64,000 nucleotides of DNA from Rebecca billardiae RCC1528 (lineage: Eukaryota > Protista > Haptophyta): the NCBI GenBank assembly GCA_965240325.2, contig OZ251237.1:372001-436000 (forward strand). Direction: 5' to 3'. The position numbers and the translations under genes were made by a program. A model generated the notes under the pieces. That model searched no databases, was not told where the DNA came from, and was given only the letters and a program-made list of their open reading frames with translations. This document shows positions 45,219 to 57,400 of the stretch, in pieces (the first letter of the stretch is position 1; each line of letters opens with the position of its first letter).

Positions 45219-46356
45219 ATGATCGTGGCGGCAACCGATGCGCGCGCCATCGAGATGCGCTCGCGCGCGCGCGAACGCGAGGCCAAGGCCCGCGAGCGCA
45301 TGCTCGAGTTGGAGCGCGAGCGCGAGGCCAAACTGGCGTCGTTCAAGCTGCCGCCGACGCGCTCGACGCTGTCAGGCGCTCGCGCCGTGGGGTTCGGGCG
45401 AAGCTCGCGAACGACCGGCTCGATGTTCGCCGTATTCGACAAGCAGCGCGAGCTCGGCGAGCCCGGCCCCGACCAGTACGAGGAGGAGATGGGCCGGCGG
45501 CACGTCTCCAAGTACCCGAGCACGCCCGCGCCGTCGTTTGGCTCCGGCCGCCGCTTCGACGACCCAAGCCTGCGTGCGTGCGCGACGTCGCGCCGCGCGC
45601 TGTGCGCCGCTTGCACGGTGCACCCGCGCGGCGTGGCGCAGACCTTGCGCCGCGCGCCGTGCGCCGCATACACTGCGGGCTCCTGCGGGCTCACACCGCG
45701 CCTCCCGCACCGTGCTCTCGCGCACCGCAACAGGAGAGGCCCGGCCCGGCCCGCAGGCGTATCAGTACGTTGGCGCGATGGGCTCTCAGCCGCGCTCGGA
45801 CCGGCGCAGTAATCCGCAGTACGGCTTCGGCGCCTCGACGCGAGAAGTCACGTCGCGTGTCTTCATCTCGGACGCGCACGCCAAGGCGTCCGTGCGGAGT
45901 GGCTCGCCCGGTCCGCCGATGACGGACACCCACCCTGACCGGCGGCCTCGCACAGGACGCGAGCGACGCGCTGTGCGCATCCGCCGCAAGAGCGGCTTCG
46001 GCGTTGACCAGCGCTTCAAGTACGAGGCGGAGGAGAAGCGCGCGGCGGCGATCCCCGGGCCAGGAGCGTACTCCCTCGACGGCGAGGGCGGCGTCGGCCG
46101 GCAGCTCACGTCATGGCGCACGTCGGGCGCATCGTACGGCTTTGGCACTGCGGACCGCGACCTGACGGCCAAGGTGTTCATCTCGAGCCAGCACGCGAAG
46201 GTCACCAACGTCGACGCATCGCCCGGACCTGCGTCGGCGGAGCCGACGCACAAGTTTGGCACCAAGTCGACGTCCTTCTCCTTCGGCCGAGCCGATCGGT
46301 TCGAGTACCTCGACCGAACACGGCCGCGCGTGCCCGGGCCTGGCACTTATGGCTGA
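45219..46356 (+). CDS. SHIPPO/ODF3-like PGP-repeat ciliary protein (intron 45574-45733)
   Basis: Repeated PGPxxY and FG.xxR motifs (PGPDQY, PGPQAY, PGPGAY, PGPGTY). Confidence 0.82.
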
Positions 46357-46587
46357 TGACAAAACATGGAGCCTGGCCAATCATCAGGGTCCGTCGATCG
46401 ATTACAGTCGACGCGACTCAAGTTATATAGTAGGCGGCTCATTTGAGCAGCAACCGTGCGATGATACTCGCTCGTCAGGGGGGCCCGCTCGGGCCAGGCT
46501 GCCAGGACCGCCGAGGCCCGTGCTCACGCGCGCGGACCGGGCGGTGTAAGACTGGTCAGTACTCTGTCTACTCACTGGCGAGGTGCG

Positions 46588-47028
46588 TCAACGACGAGGT
46601 GCAACTGTCTCGAATGCCGTGCCTTCGAGCTCCATGCTAGGGGCAGGCCTCGCCGGTTCTGGTCGTCCGAACTCATCGTCCGCGCCTCCCGATGCAGCGC
46701 AAGCAACGAGTGCGCGCTCGTCAACGCGTCGTGATGACATTTCCACAGGCACAGGTCGCTTGGGCCTTGCACGCCGTTGCGGGTTGGAGGATCTGTACGT
46801 ACAAATCGGTTGCACATCATCATCCGCAAACATACCTCTGTCGTCGCACTTGGAAAGCCAAAGTTCACGGAGCTCGTCGAACACGGCTGGGTTGACGCTC
46901 TGGTCATCTGCCACGGCGACTCGCATGTTGTCCACAATGTTGTCCACAAGGTCTGTCGCGAAGGTCTGGGCTCGCCCGGCGGTTAGCGACGTGAGGGTGC
47001 GTGCGCGGAGGGGACGGGCGCCATCCAT
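46588..47028 (-). CDS. Small protein resembling the N-terminal helices of the TFIIA large subunit
   Basis: DLVDNIVDNMRVAVADDQSVNPAVFDELRELWLSKC resembles the TFIIA alpha helix pair; no C-terminal beta-barrel seen. Confidence 0.45.
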   Translation of the reverse strand: MDGARPLRARTLTSLTAGRAQTFATDLVDNIVDNMRVAVADDQSVNPAVFDELRELWLSKCDDRGMFADDDVQPICTYRSSNPQRRARPKRPVPVEMSSRRVDERALVACAASGGADDEFGRPEPARPAPSMELEGTAFETVAPRR

Positions 47029-47362
47029 CAGCAACGCGAGGGTGCGTGTACGACGGGTGCGTGCGCGAACGGGGCGCAAGGCGCCCCCCCCCCCGCGCGC
47101 TGGTTCACGCCCGCCATCGTACCAGGCCCGCCATTGTTCCAACACCGGCCCGGGGCCCCGGGTGGAATCAGTGATCAGCAGTGATCCGCCGCGCCCACGC
47201 AGTGATCCTTAAGGTACTAGGTATAGTACAATAGTACGCCGACGACTAGCTCTTAGCTGAAGTACAAGACCAGATAGTACTATAGTTTGCTACATTCGTT
47301 TTATTAGCAGACGAATTATCGGCCGAAGGCGATATGACACTGCATGACAGGCGGCTACAGGT

Positions 47363-48454
47363 CTACTGCCGGCCGCGCCCGCGCCCGCGGCCGCCGCGGC
47401 CGCCGCGCCCACGCCCGCGGCCGGCACCCCTGGCGCCGCCGCGCCCGCGCGACCCCGACGCGCCCCCGGCCCCGGGCCCGGGCCCGGTGAACTTGGCGAC
47501 TCGCTGCGCGCGCTCGTGCGCGAGCTTGCCGCGCTTGGCGATTTTGCCCTCGTCGAGCACGGGCTTGCCAGCGGGCGCGGAGCTCTTGAGCACCTTGTCG
47601 AGCACCTTGCTGGCGGCCGCGCGCTCGGAGGACGAGTCCGCCGTGACCGCGGGCTCGTACTTGCGCTTCTGGCCGCGCTGCTTGTCCGGCTCGCCCGCGA
47701 GCGTGCGGTCGAACTTGCCGAGAGAGGCCGTCGAGCGCTGCGCGGCGTGCAGCGCGACATCGGCCTGCTTGAGCCGCGCCTCTTTGCTCGGCGCCGCGCC
47801 GCGCAGCTCGGGCACGCCCGCAGCCGCCGTCGCCACTGCCGCCGGCGGCGCGCCGCCGCCACCGCCGCCATCCTTGCGGCGCACCGCGCGGCGGTTGCGC
47901 TCCTCGTTGAAGAGCTGCTTGTTGCGCGCCTCCTTGCGCGCCGTCGCCTTCTGCTCGAAAGGGTCGGAGCCCGGGGCGTCGCTCGCCTTCGCCGGGAGGA
48001 GCCACTCGCGGTTCGGATCGTTCGCCTTCTGGTACCCGAAGCGCGGCGCCCACTTGCCCGTGGCCTCGTCATACACCATGCGCTCCTTCTTGCGCTTGGC
48101 GATCCCCTTCGCGGCGGCAAACTTCTCCCAGCGCGTCGGCGGCTTGGGCTTGGGCAGCGGCTTTTCGCGCGGGAGGCGCGTCGTCGGGGCTGGCAGCGCG
48201 ATCGTCGGGCCGCCGTCAGCGAGCGCCCACAGCTGGTTGAAGACGAGCTGCACACATTCGCGCGCCGCGCTCTGCAGGTATGACTCGCGCCCCTTGCGGA
48301 GCGCAGCCTCGTCCACGTCGTCTGCCGCGTACGCGGCGAGGCCACCCAGGTCGTACGCGAGCGTGTCGGCCCGCTCGACGCCGTCGGCCGCGCCGTCGGC
48401 GGGCGCGGTGCTGCCGAGGAGCGTGCGCACGTCCACGGTGCCCTCTGCCTCCAT
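47363..48454 (-). CDS. RRS1: Ribosome biogenesis regulatory protein RRS1
   Basis: YDLGGLAAY, LPAPTTRLPREKPLPKPKPPTRWEKFAAAKGI, WAPRFGY, STASLGKFD. Confidence 0.95.
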   Translation of the reverse strand: MEAEGTVDVRTLLGSTAPADGAADGVERADTLAYDLGGLAAYAADDVDEAALRKGRESYLQSAARECVQLVFNQLWALADGGPTIALPAPTTRLPREKPLPKPKPPTRWEKFAAAKGIAKRKKERMVYDEATGKWAPRFGYQKANDPNREWLLPAKASDAPGSDPFEQKATARKEARNKQLFNEERNRRAVRRKDGGGGGGAPPAAVATAAAGVPELRGAAPSKEARLKQADVALHAAQRSTASLGKFDRTLAGEPDKQRGQKRKYEPAVTADSSSERAAASKVLDKVLKSSAPAGKPVLDEGKIAKRGKLAHERAQRVAKFTGPGPGAGGASGSRGRGGARGAGRGRGRGGRGGRGRGRGRQ

Positions 48455-48584
48455 GGTGGCCCCGATCCCCGGCCGAACGACGTGACGAGGCCACGCGCGC
48501 CGGGCGTGGCTTCCAGTCGCGACGACGAGCCCGTTGGCTCGCGTGCCCAGGGCCGAGTGTCCTGATCAAGAGCACGGAGCCGCC

Positions 48585-49834
48585 ATGGTGTGCGCCCGGC
48601 CGAGCACGTGCCCTCGCACCAAGGGCAGGCAGGCACCACGCTGCTCGCGCACACGCGCGCTCACACGACGCGCTCTGCGCGACCACGCCCACGCATCACG
48701 CAGGCAAAGGTCTCGCGGAAGGTCGCCAGCCCAGCGAAGGGCGCGGCGTCACCGGCGAAGCGGCCCAAGCAGGCGACGGCGACGGCCGACGAGGGCAAGC
48801 GCGCCAAGGGGGTGGCCGGCACCGCGCAGGACGGGAGGAGGGCGGATGCGACCCCCGGGGTGGTGCCAGCGACAACCGTTGCAAAGGCCGTGCGCGCGCT
48901 GCTCGCCCATCACAGGTGCGCCCAGCCCGCGTTCCCGCCGCGCGCGCAACGCGACGATGGGCGTCGGCGCTTGCTCAGCCCGCCGCGCGCGCAAAGCGGC
49001 GATGGGCGTCGGCGCTCGCTCAGCGCTGCTCTCCTCCCCGGCACGCGCTGCTCAGGTCATCGGACGAGGCGCGGCGCGGGGGCAAGGAGGCGCTCGTCGA
49101 GGCGGAGGCGCCCATCTCCGTCCAGATCGGCCTCTTCACCATCCCGGCGCGCAAGATCACCAAGCCGAGGAAGATCACGCTGCCGCACGCGCTCTACTCG
49201 ACGGAGACGGGCAACGGCGTGTGCCTGATCGTGAAGGACACGGTGAAGGCGGACGCGAAGAAGAGCGTCGGCATGGGCGGTGTGAAGGTGCTCTCCGTCG
49301 CCAAGCTGCGCCGCGACTACAAGGAGTTCGAGGCGAAGCGGCAGCTCTCCGAGAGCTACGACCTCTTCCTCGCGGACAACCGCGTGCTGCCGCTGCTGCC
49401 CAAGCTGCTGGGCAAGAGCTTCTTCCGCAAGAAGAAGTGCGCGCCCCCGAGGGAGCGCGCGCGCCGCGCGTGGGGCCGTGCGCTGTTTGCGTGATCGGTC
49501 GCTCACGTCACATGCGCCTGTGTGCGCGCCCTGCCCCCACAGGCACCCAGTGCCCATCGAGCTGCGGCGCGGCGGCGAGCTGCAGCGGCAGGTGCAGGAT
49601 GCGCTCAGCTGCACGTACCTGCACATGTCGGGCCAGACGATATTGGTGAAGGCGGGGACCACGGAGATGCCGGCAGGTGAGATCGAGGCCAACGTCGCGG
49701 CCACGCTGGGTGGCATTGTCGACGCGCTGAAAATCGGCGCGATCCAGACGCTGTACCTGAAGACGCCGTCGTCTGTCGCGCTGCCGCTCTACAAGGCGCT
49801 GCCGACCGCTGATGGGCCGACAGCGAGTGAGTGA
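48585..49834 (+). CDS. RSL1D1: Ribosomal L1 domain-containing protein (RSL1D1/Cic1/Utp30 family); introns 48588-48703, 48916-49055, 49437-49542
   Basis: VCLIVKD, YKEFEAKRQLSESYDLFLADNRVLPLLPKLLGKSFF..HPVPI, LKTPSSVALPLY. Confidence 0.92.
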
Positions 49835-50154
49835 GTCGCTACTCATCATATCTGATCGAGCTGAGCGTGAATACGACAGTGCGGCGGCGTCAGTAAAGTA
49901 AACTGATGCTACTACTACCGTTGTACTAGTAGTATACCGTACAGTATTAAATACCGCCAGTATGCCGTAGTAGTCGTACTGTCACGCCTTAACCAAGTGT
50001 GCACGTTAAAACATAGTACGTAAACTATATATATCGGCGATGGAGTGATGGGCGACTATGAGGGGGGGGGACGACGGCGAGGAGCGCTGATCCTGGTGTT
50101 TGTCTCTGCTGCTCGATCTGCTGCTACAGCTTGCTGACTCTGACGCCAATGCCC

Positions 50155-50208
50155 GTTGCATACCACGTCGTTAATATATATATATATATTAACGACGTGG
50201 TATGCAAC
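50155..50208. repeat. Perfect 54-bp palindrome centred on (TA)7
   Basis: GTTGCATACCACGTCGTTAA(TA)7TTAACGACGTGGTATGCAAC. Confidence 0.95.
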
Positions 50209-50373
50209 ATATATATATATATATATTCTGGTGAACACAGCTTTAAACAATTTTAATTCGTGAGAAAGCCCTGGGAGACCCAGCTCCGACCCCCTTTAAT
50301 TGGTTGTCCAATACTGCTGTCCCAAGTAATACCGGAGTAGGAATACGAACAATGGGGCCTCAAACGTTTTTTG

Positions 50374-50471
50374 ATTAGGCACGCCTCGGGAATCGAGAAC
50401 GCACTTGGTTAATTTTTGCGCCAATTAGGGCACGCCTCGGGAATCGAAGCGCATGTGGTTAATTTTTGCGC
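50374..50471 (+). repeat. Two imperfect ~50-bp tandem units
   Basis: GCACGCCTCGGGAATCGA...TGGTTAATTTTTGCGC occurs twice. Confidence 0.85.
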
Positions 50472-51259
50472 GCGCCGCATAGAGATGTCGTTGCGATTCC
50501 CACAAATCTGGCGGCGATCTTAGCGGTACCCCCTTACCCAGTTCATACCGCCTATACAATACGGTAACGGTACGGACCTGGCGCGCCTCGCCGTGCACCC
50601 GCACGAGGCCACGCGCCCCGGCGCGCGCGCGCCCGCGGCCTCGCACCCAAACTGCGAGACGCCGGCAGCGCTCGACGCGTGCCTCGCGCAGCGCGGCTGG
50701 CGAGCACGCTGAACGGCGTGGACGAGGCGCGCAACGCGGAGCGCCGCGAGGGTCACGCCGCGCGTCGAGCCGAACCGCGCGCGGCGCGCGAGGCCGCCGG
50801 GACCGAGTACCGACGCGGTCGCGCGCCATCTGGGCGTACGGCGGCAGCAGCGCGCACGACGTGCGGACTGCAGTTGCTGCACGACTACCACGCGTCGATG
50901 GCCGACGCGCGCACGCACGGCGTGATCGGTGCGTGCCGTTGCCGTGCCGCCGTGCCCGAGCGGCCGTGCGCAGCGACGACTGCATCGACTGCATCGACGC
51001 GCGCCTCGCTGGCGCCTCGGTGGGCCTTGCAGAACTGGGAGAGCCACGCTGCCGCACCTGGCTAATGGCTAAATCGCACACGCGACGCGCGAAGACGCGG
51101 CAGCTCGGATGATACCGTTAGTCAGCGCTGAACGGCCAACTCGTCTCATCCGTCATCGTCGTCGGGTCTGCCGGCCCTGGCAAGCTTCTCCGTCGCGTCC
51201 TAGACGCGCTGTGTTCGACCAGCCCCACCGGGAAAAGGCCGCTAGGCCCCCGCTGTTTA

Positions 51260-51308
51260 TACAGTTTACTAAGAATAAGAGACGCACACAGCTCAGGCAG
51301 GCGAGATT
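51260..51308 (+). repeat. 49-bp dispersed repeat, copy 3
   Basis: Identical to 44784-44832. Confidence 0.95.
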
Positions 51309-51413
51309 GACGCCCGCCAACTGTCACCGCCCATGAAGCCGTCGCCGAACCGATCACGGCGAATCGACGAAATCGTCGTCCGGCCAAGGGTACAGTAGTG
51401 GTTGCTCAGGGTG

Positions 51414-54400
51414 TCATGGATGATGGCGGACTTCGCCTGCCGGCTTGCGGAAGGTAGTCTCCTCGAGGCGCTCCATGGCGCGCACGCCCTTGTCGTGCTC
51501 CTTGAGCAAGGTCTGCAGCTGTGCGTGCGCACGTCGTGCGCGGAGTGGCACGGGGGTCGTGGGATACTGTCAGCCGGCGTGGCGAGTGATGCGCGGGGGC
51601 GCGCACGCGAGGCAGGCTCACCATGCGTGCCATCTTCTCCACGGCGTCGTGAGCGTACGCGCGCGCCTCGTCGTTCCACAGCTGCAGTGCGGGCTGCACC
51701 GCATACACTGCCTGCCGGTGCCACATGCGGTGGCTCTCGAGGAACGCGTACAGCTGCTCCCAGAACTCAGGGCGCTCGTCGGCAAGCACGGCGCCGCCAG
51801 CACGCTCCAGCGCGACCGCCGACTCGGCCTCGCGGCGCATGCTCGCCGCCGCCTCACGCTCGCGCTCGACCCACGCGTCGACGAGGCGCGCGCGCACGGC
51901 GAGCGTCTGGCGCGCTTTTGCCTCCCTCACCGCGCGCGCGCGCTGCTGGTCCATGCGCGAGCGGCGCACCGGGCTGTCGCGCAGCAGCTGGCGTGAGCCG
52001 TGGCGCGCGCCGTGTCCCCTGAGCACGGAGCACATCATCTGCTCGCCGCCCTCCTCCTCGCGCTCCGCGTCGTCGAGTGCGGTGGCGCCGAAGCGGTCCT
52101 CCGTGTTGACCTGGAGCTCAGGCTCGCGCAGCAGCAGCAGGAGGCACTCCATCGCGCGGCTCGACGCCGCGAGGTGCAGCGCCGTGCGCCCGTGCGCGTC
52201 GGCGGCGTTGACCTCACACCGCGCGAGCAGCAGCCGTCGCACGCGGCCGTCGTCGCCGCGCGCCGTGGCGTCGCACAGCGAGGACGCGGGGTTGAAGGCC
52301 GGGCCGAGGCTTGCACCGTGCTCAAGCAGCAGCTCGATGCACGCGTCGCGCTCGAAGTTGACCGCATTCACCAGCGGCGTCGCGCCGCGCACGTCCACCA
52401 TGTTCGCGTCGGCGCGTTGCTGCAGCAGCAGCCTCGCATTCTCAACGTGGCCCTCCGCTGCGGCGATGTGCAGCGCGGTGCGGCGGTACCGCGTGACGAG
52501 CTTCACGTCGACGCCAAAGCGGCAGAGCTGGGCGAGCTCGGCCGAGCCGTCGGCGTGCTTCGCCGCAGAGCACAGCCGCTCGCACATATCCGCCGAGCCC
52601 TGCGTGCCGCCGTGCGTCGAGAGCAGCGCGGCCACGTCCGCGTGCGCGCCGACGAGCGCGTCGTCGAGCGCGGTCGCGTGGCGCCGGTCCTCCGCGCGCG
52701 CGTCCGCCTTGTGCGCGAGCAGCAGCGTGACGACGGGCGCGCTGCCGCCGCACGCGGCGAGGTGCAGCGCGGTGCGCCCGTCAAAGTCGGCGCTGTTCAC
52801 CTCGACCGCCCGCGTGCCCAGCATCCGGCGCACCGCGTCCACGTCGCCCTTGACGCACGCCGTGCACAGCCGCGCGTGCAGCAGCTGCCGACGCTTGCGC
52901 GCGGCCGCGCTCACTGCGTGCTGTGCCGAGCGCAGGCCACTCTCAGCGCGGCCGCTGGCTTCGGAGCGCGCGCCCTCGGAGCGCACCGAGAGCGAGCCAT
53001 CCGCGTGCACCGAGCCCGATGCCATCGACGTGCCCGTCCGAGCTGTCCCCACCGTTCGGCCAGTGGCGGGCTCGCCTGAATGGCGCGCAGGGGTGGGCGT
53101 GAGAGGCGAGCGGGGCGCGCGGGGTTGCGAGTGGGGTGCGTGCGCGCGTCCGCGAGGCTAGAGCGGCGCGCACCATCAAGCTGCGCGGACGCGTTGTCCA
53201 GCACGCGGTCCTCCTCCGCCGGGAAGAGCTTGAGCGCCGCCCTGTACGCCTCGGTGGAGAGGGCGAAGACGAGGGTGTGCGCGCCCTGCCCAGCGCGCGC
53301 AGACAGCGTGTGCCGCGTGCCAAAGATGAACGGGACGGCGCCGGCGGTGTCGCCAGGGCCGAGCACGTCCAGCTGCGCGCCCGCGTCCTTGCCCGCCGCC
53401 TCCTCCTCCTCCTCGCGGTACGCCTCGAGCTCGCCGCTCGAGATGAGCAGCAGCTCCTTGCACACCTCCCCCTGCCGGTACACGCTCGCCTCGGGCTCGA
53501 GCGAGCGCGCGCGCAGCGAGGACGAGACGCGGTCGAGGAAGCCGCCTGAGCAGCCGCGCAGCAGCGCGCAGTTGGCGACGAGCGCGCGGTTCGTGTGCGC
53601 CGACACCTCGACCTGTAGTGCCATCGGCAGCGCCGTGTAGATCGCGTCCGCCTGCACCTGCGAGAGCGAGGCGCTCTGCAGCCGCTGCGTGAAGAACTTG
53701 CGCAGGCGCGCCTTGAGCTCGGAGGGCACGCGGATGTGCGCAATGAACGTGTGCGCGAGCTCGAGCTGGGCGCGCTTGGCGACGATGGCGTCGTCCTGCC
53801 GCATCACGCGCCCCGAGATGCCGCCCACCGCCCACGCGTACACCGTCATGTTGCCCACGAGCAGGACGATGGTAAAGACCATCTCGGCGTGATTCGCCGG
53901 CAACTGGCTAAGGCCGAGAGCGGAGATCATCGAGGTCACCGCGTTGAACGAGATGAGGTAGTGGTCGTACATGCGCGCCTCGGGCGAGTCGTAGTGCTGC
54001 ACGTGCCCGCCCACCTTGCTCGCGAGCATCTCGTACTCGTCCGCCCACGTCACGTCAGTGAGCGAGTGCGCGAGCTCGCCGTAGCCCATCACGTTCCACA
54101 CGCACGCGCACAGGTGCGACATGTACCCCAGCACGCCCAGGCTCACGACCATCCCACCCAACAGGTCGGTGTCCGAGATGCGCGCGTACCAGCCTGCGAA
54201 GGCGGTCCGCACGTACAGCACGTTCAGCAGCCGCACGAGGCGGAGGCACGTGCTCACGAGTGGCTGCGCGCCCATGCCGTACGCGAGCGCGTCGTGCGGC
54301 CACGACGCGAGCAGGTCGAGCGTGAAGTGCGTGTCGCGGTAGTGCCGCCGCAGCTCTCTCGGCTCGACCACCTCGACGGAGTTGTCGTTCACGTACGTCG

Positions 54401-57400
54401 TCACAAAGCACGCCGCCACGCGCAGCACGTAGAAGCCGTCGAGCGCAAAGCTCAGCGTGTGGATCCACTCCATGTGCCGCGTGTCCTCGAAGAAGGCGAG
54501 CTGCAGAGGCACCAGCACCATGTCGAACACAGCCGCGGCGAGGAAGGTGCGGTGCAGCCAGGCGGTGAACGGCGAGCGGCAGCTGATCACGTACCACGGG
54601 CGGCGGGCGGCGTCCTCCGCGCCGCCGCTCGAGCCCGTGCCCCCGCCGCCGGGCCCGGCGCCTCGCGACAGGCTGGACATGTCGAGCCGCGCGCGGCCGC
54701 CACCGCGCGCGCGGAGCTGGTCCGCCCGCTCGCGCAGCCGCACGACGAGCGCCTCCCAGACCACGCCCGGCTCAGCGCCAGAGCCGCTCGATCCGTTATC
54801 CGAGCCGCTCGATCCGCGGTTCAGAGGTGCCGGCTGCGGAGCGGCGGCGGTAGCTTGGAGTTGGAGGCTGCCGTCGTTGCCGCCGCTCAGCTGGGCCGCC
54901 GCCAGCTCGACCGGATCTCTCGGCCCGTCGAGCGGCACCGACAGACCGAGCGCCTCGGCGCACCAGCGCCGCACGTGCTCGGCGCTCGTGCCCTCCGGCA
55001 GCGAGATCGGACGCTCCATCACGGCCAGCAACTCGCGCGCACTCACCGGCCTGGCGCCGAGCAGCCGGCGCGTGTCGAGCCGGCGCTCGATGGTCTCGCC
55101 GAGCACCGCGCATGCCGCCGCCGTCCCGAGCGCGGCGGACAGCTGGGCGAGCGTGCCCGCATCGTCGGCAGGTGGCCGTCCCGAGCGGGCGAGGTGGTGC
55201 CGCACCCCGCCCGCCGCCCCCTCCTCGGTGCGCCCCTCGGAGGGCGAGTGCGCGCTGCTCTGCGTGCTCTGCTTGAGCGGCGAGGGCGGGACGGAGGACG
55301 CGGCGCTCAGCTGGAGCGGCGGGAGCAGCTGTGCGTCCGCACGGCCCGCCTCCGTGCCCTCGTGCTCGCCCGCGGGCTGGCCCGACGTCGAGCCGTCCTC
55401 TCCCGCAGCCGAGTGGCCAGCAAGGATCCACGCCGCCACGCCCACCACGAACTGCTGCCGCGTAATGTTGGACGGGAGGCGCTGGCCGGCAGAGGGCTTG
55501 GAGCCGCGGCGCGCGGAGCCGTCGACGGCGCCGTCGCCAACATTTGGCGCGCCCCGTACCAGAGCCTGCAGCGGCGCAGTCGACGCCCGCCCGTGCGACT
55601 CCCAATCGGCGCCGGCGCTGTCCGATGAGGGCGCGCCCCGCGTGCCGCTCGCCGTCTCGACACCGAGCAAGCGGCGCAGCTCACCCAGCTCATCGCCCGG
55701 CTCATCGCCGGCTCCGCTCATCGCCGGCTCCAAACCGCCTGCGGCGGAGCTGCCGGCGTCGCCCTCGCGGCCCGGCGTGTTGTAAGGCGCGGCTGCCCCG
55801 TCCACGCGAGCGTGCTGCGTTGTGACAAGCGTCGACGTACCGAACAGCGGCAACGAGCCACCCTCGGCGCTGCCATCGCCCCGCCGATCACGGGGCTCGG
55901 CCTCGGCGGCGGTGGGGCTCGCCGGTACATGCTCCGCCGGAGTGCCGTCGTCGTGCTCAGCGACTGAATGTGCGATGTGCGTGCTCGACGACTGCCCTGC
56001 TTCCTCGGCGACGAGGCCGACGAAGCAGGGCAGTGACGACTCGTCGGCCTCGTCGCCCTCAGCCACGGCGGCGGCGGCGCGGGCGGCGGCGCTCGCAACC
56101 GCCGCTTCGTGCTTGGCTTGATTGAGCGCGTCCTCGACGTCGCTCGACCGCCTCAGGGCCATCGAGGTGCGCGCCGCCGTCGAGCTGCGCGCCGCACCCG
56201 ACACGCTCATCAGCGCGTGCGCCGCCACGCTCACGTGCCGGAAGAGAGATTGGATCTCGTGCTTGCCCATGTCGCCCAGGGAGCCCTGCAGGGAGCGCAC
56301 GTCGCGCGCGCGGATGGAGCCGCGCTTGCGCGAGTCGAACAGCGAGAAGAGGGCGCCGAGCACGTGCGCGGCCTCGGCGACGAGCTCGGCCGATCGCGGC
56401 ACCGGCTCGAGCCGCTGCGGCGGAGTGCTCGGTGGCGACTCCACACCAGCAGTTGGTGCCCACGGCCGGGCCGCCAGCCCCGCGCCGCTCGAGTGGAAAG
56501 GGTTGGTCGAAGAGGGCTTCTGCATCGAGGCGAGAGGAGACGCTGAGGGGGATTGGGCACCGCCGGTCGACGCCACCGACGCCGTGGATGTCGTGAAGGC
56601 TGCCCTTGATCCTGCTGCCCTTGATGAGGCTCTCCCTGACCGGCTCAGCCGCGAGAGCTGCGCCGAGCGAGGGAGCCGCGCCCTGCGCCACACCGGCGAC
56701 GACGCGTCGGACGCGGCCAGCTTGACACCAGCGGTGGGCATGGGCGTGCGCGTTCGGAGCCTGTCGTGCAGCTCGCCGAAGTGCGCGAGGAAGCGGTGCG
56801 AGAGGAGGAGCGTGATGAAGCCGCCCTCTGAGATGAACGCGTGGCGCGGCCACAGGCTGTCCACCTCCTCCGCCATCTCGATCGCGTCGTCGTCGTCCAC
56901 GCCCAGCTCCTCTCGGAGCAGCGTGCGCAGGACGAGGCGCTCGGCCTTGCGCCGCTCGGCCCGCTTCATCGTCTCACGCCTGGCCGGATCGAGCCGCGCG
57001 GCGAAGAGCTCCTGCAGCTCCGCCAGCCCGGCCTCTGCGGCCGGCAGCTTGAGCACCAGCCGATGGAAGGCGTGAGGATCGGCATTGGCGTCGCCCCCCT
57101 CGGCGCCGGCTTCGGGCACGCCCTCTTCGCCTCTTGTATCCACTCGCGCCTGCTCGTCGGCGCCACCGTCGCGGCCCTCGGCTGGGCCATGCCCGCGGTC
57201 CGCGCCGGTGCGCTGCTCGTCCTCGTCCTCGCTGCCACCCTCGTCGTCTGTGTCCGTGTCGGCCTCCTCGACGGCGTAGCTGCTGATCCACAGCTCGACA
57301 TGGCGGCCGAGCAGCTTGAAGAGCGCGCGATGCTCCCGAGCGAGCAGCCGCGCGGCCTGCCTCGCGCGCTTCAGGCTCACGGACACCTCGTGCACGCTGT

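Noticed and set aside
50425-51112. Short ORFs between RSL1D1 and the channel gene
   Set aside because: No recognisable motifs or consistent coding frame.
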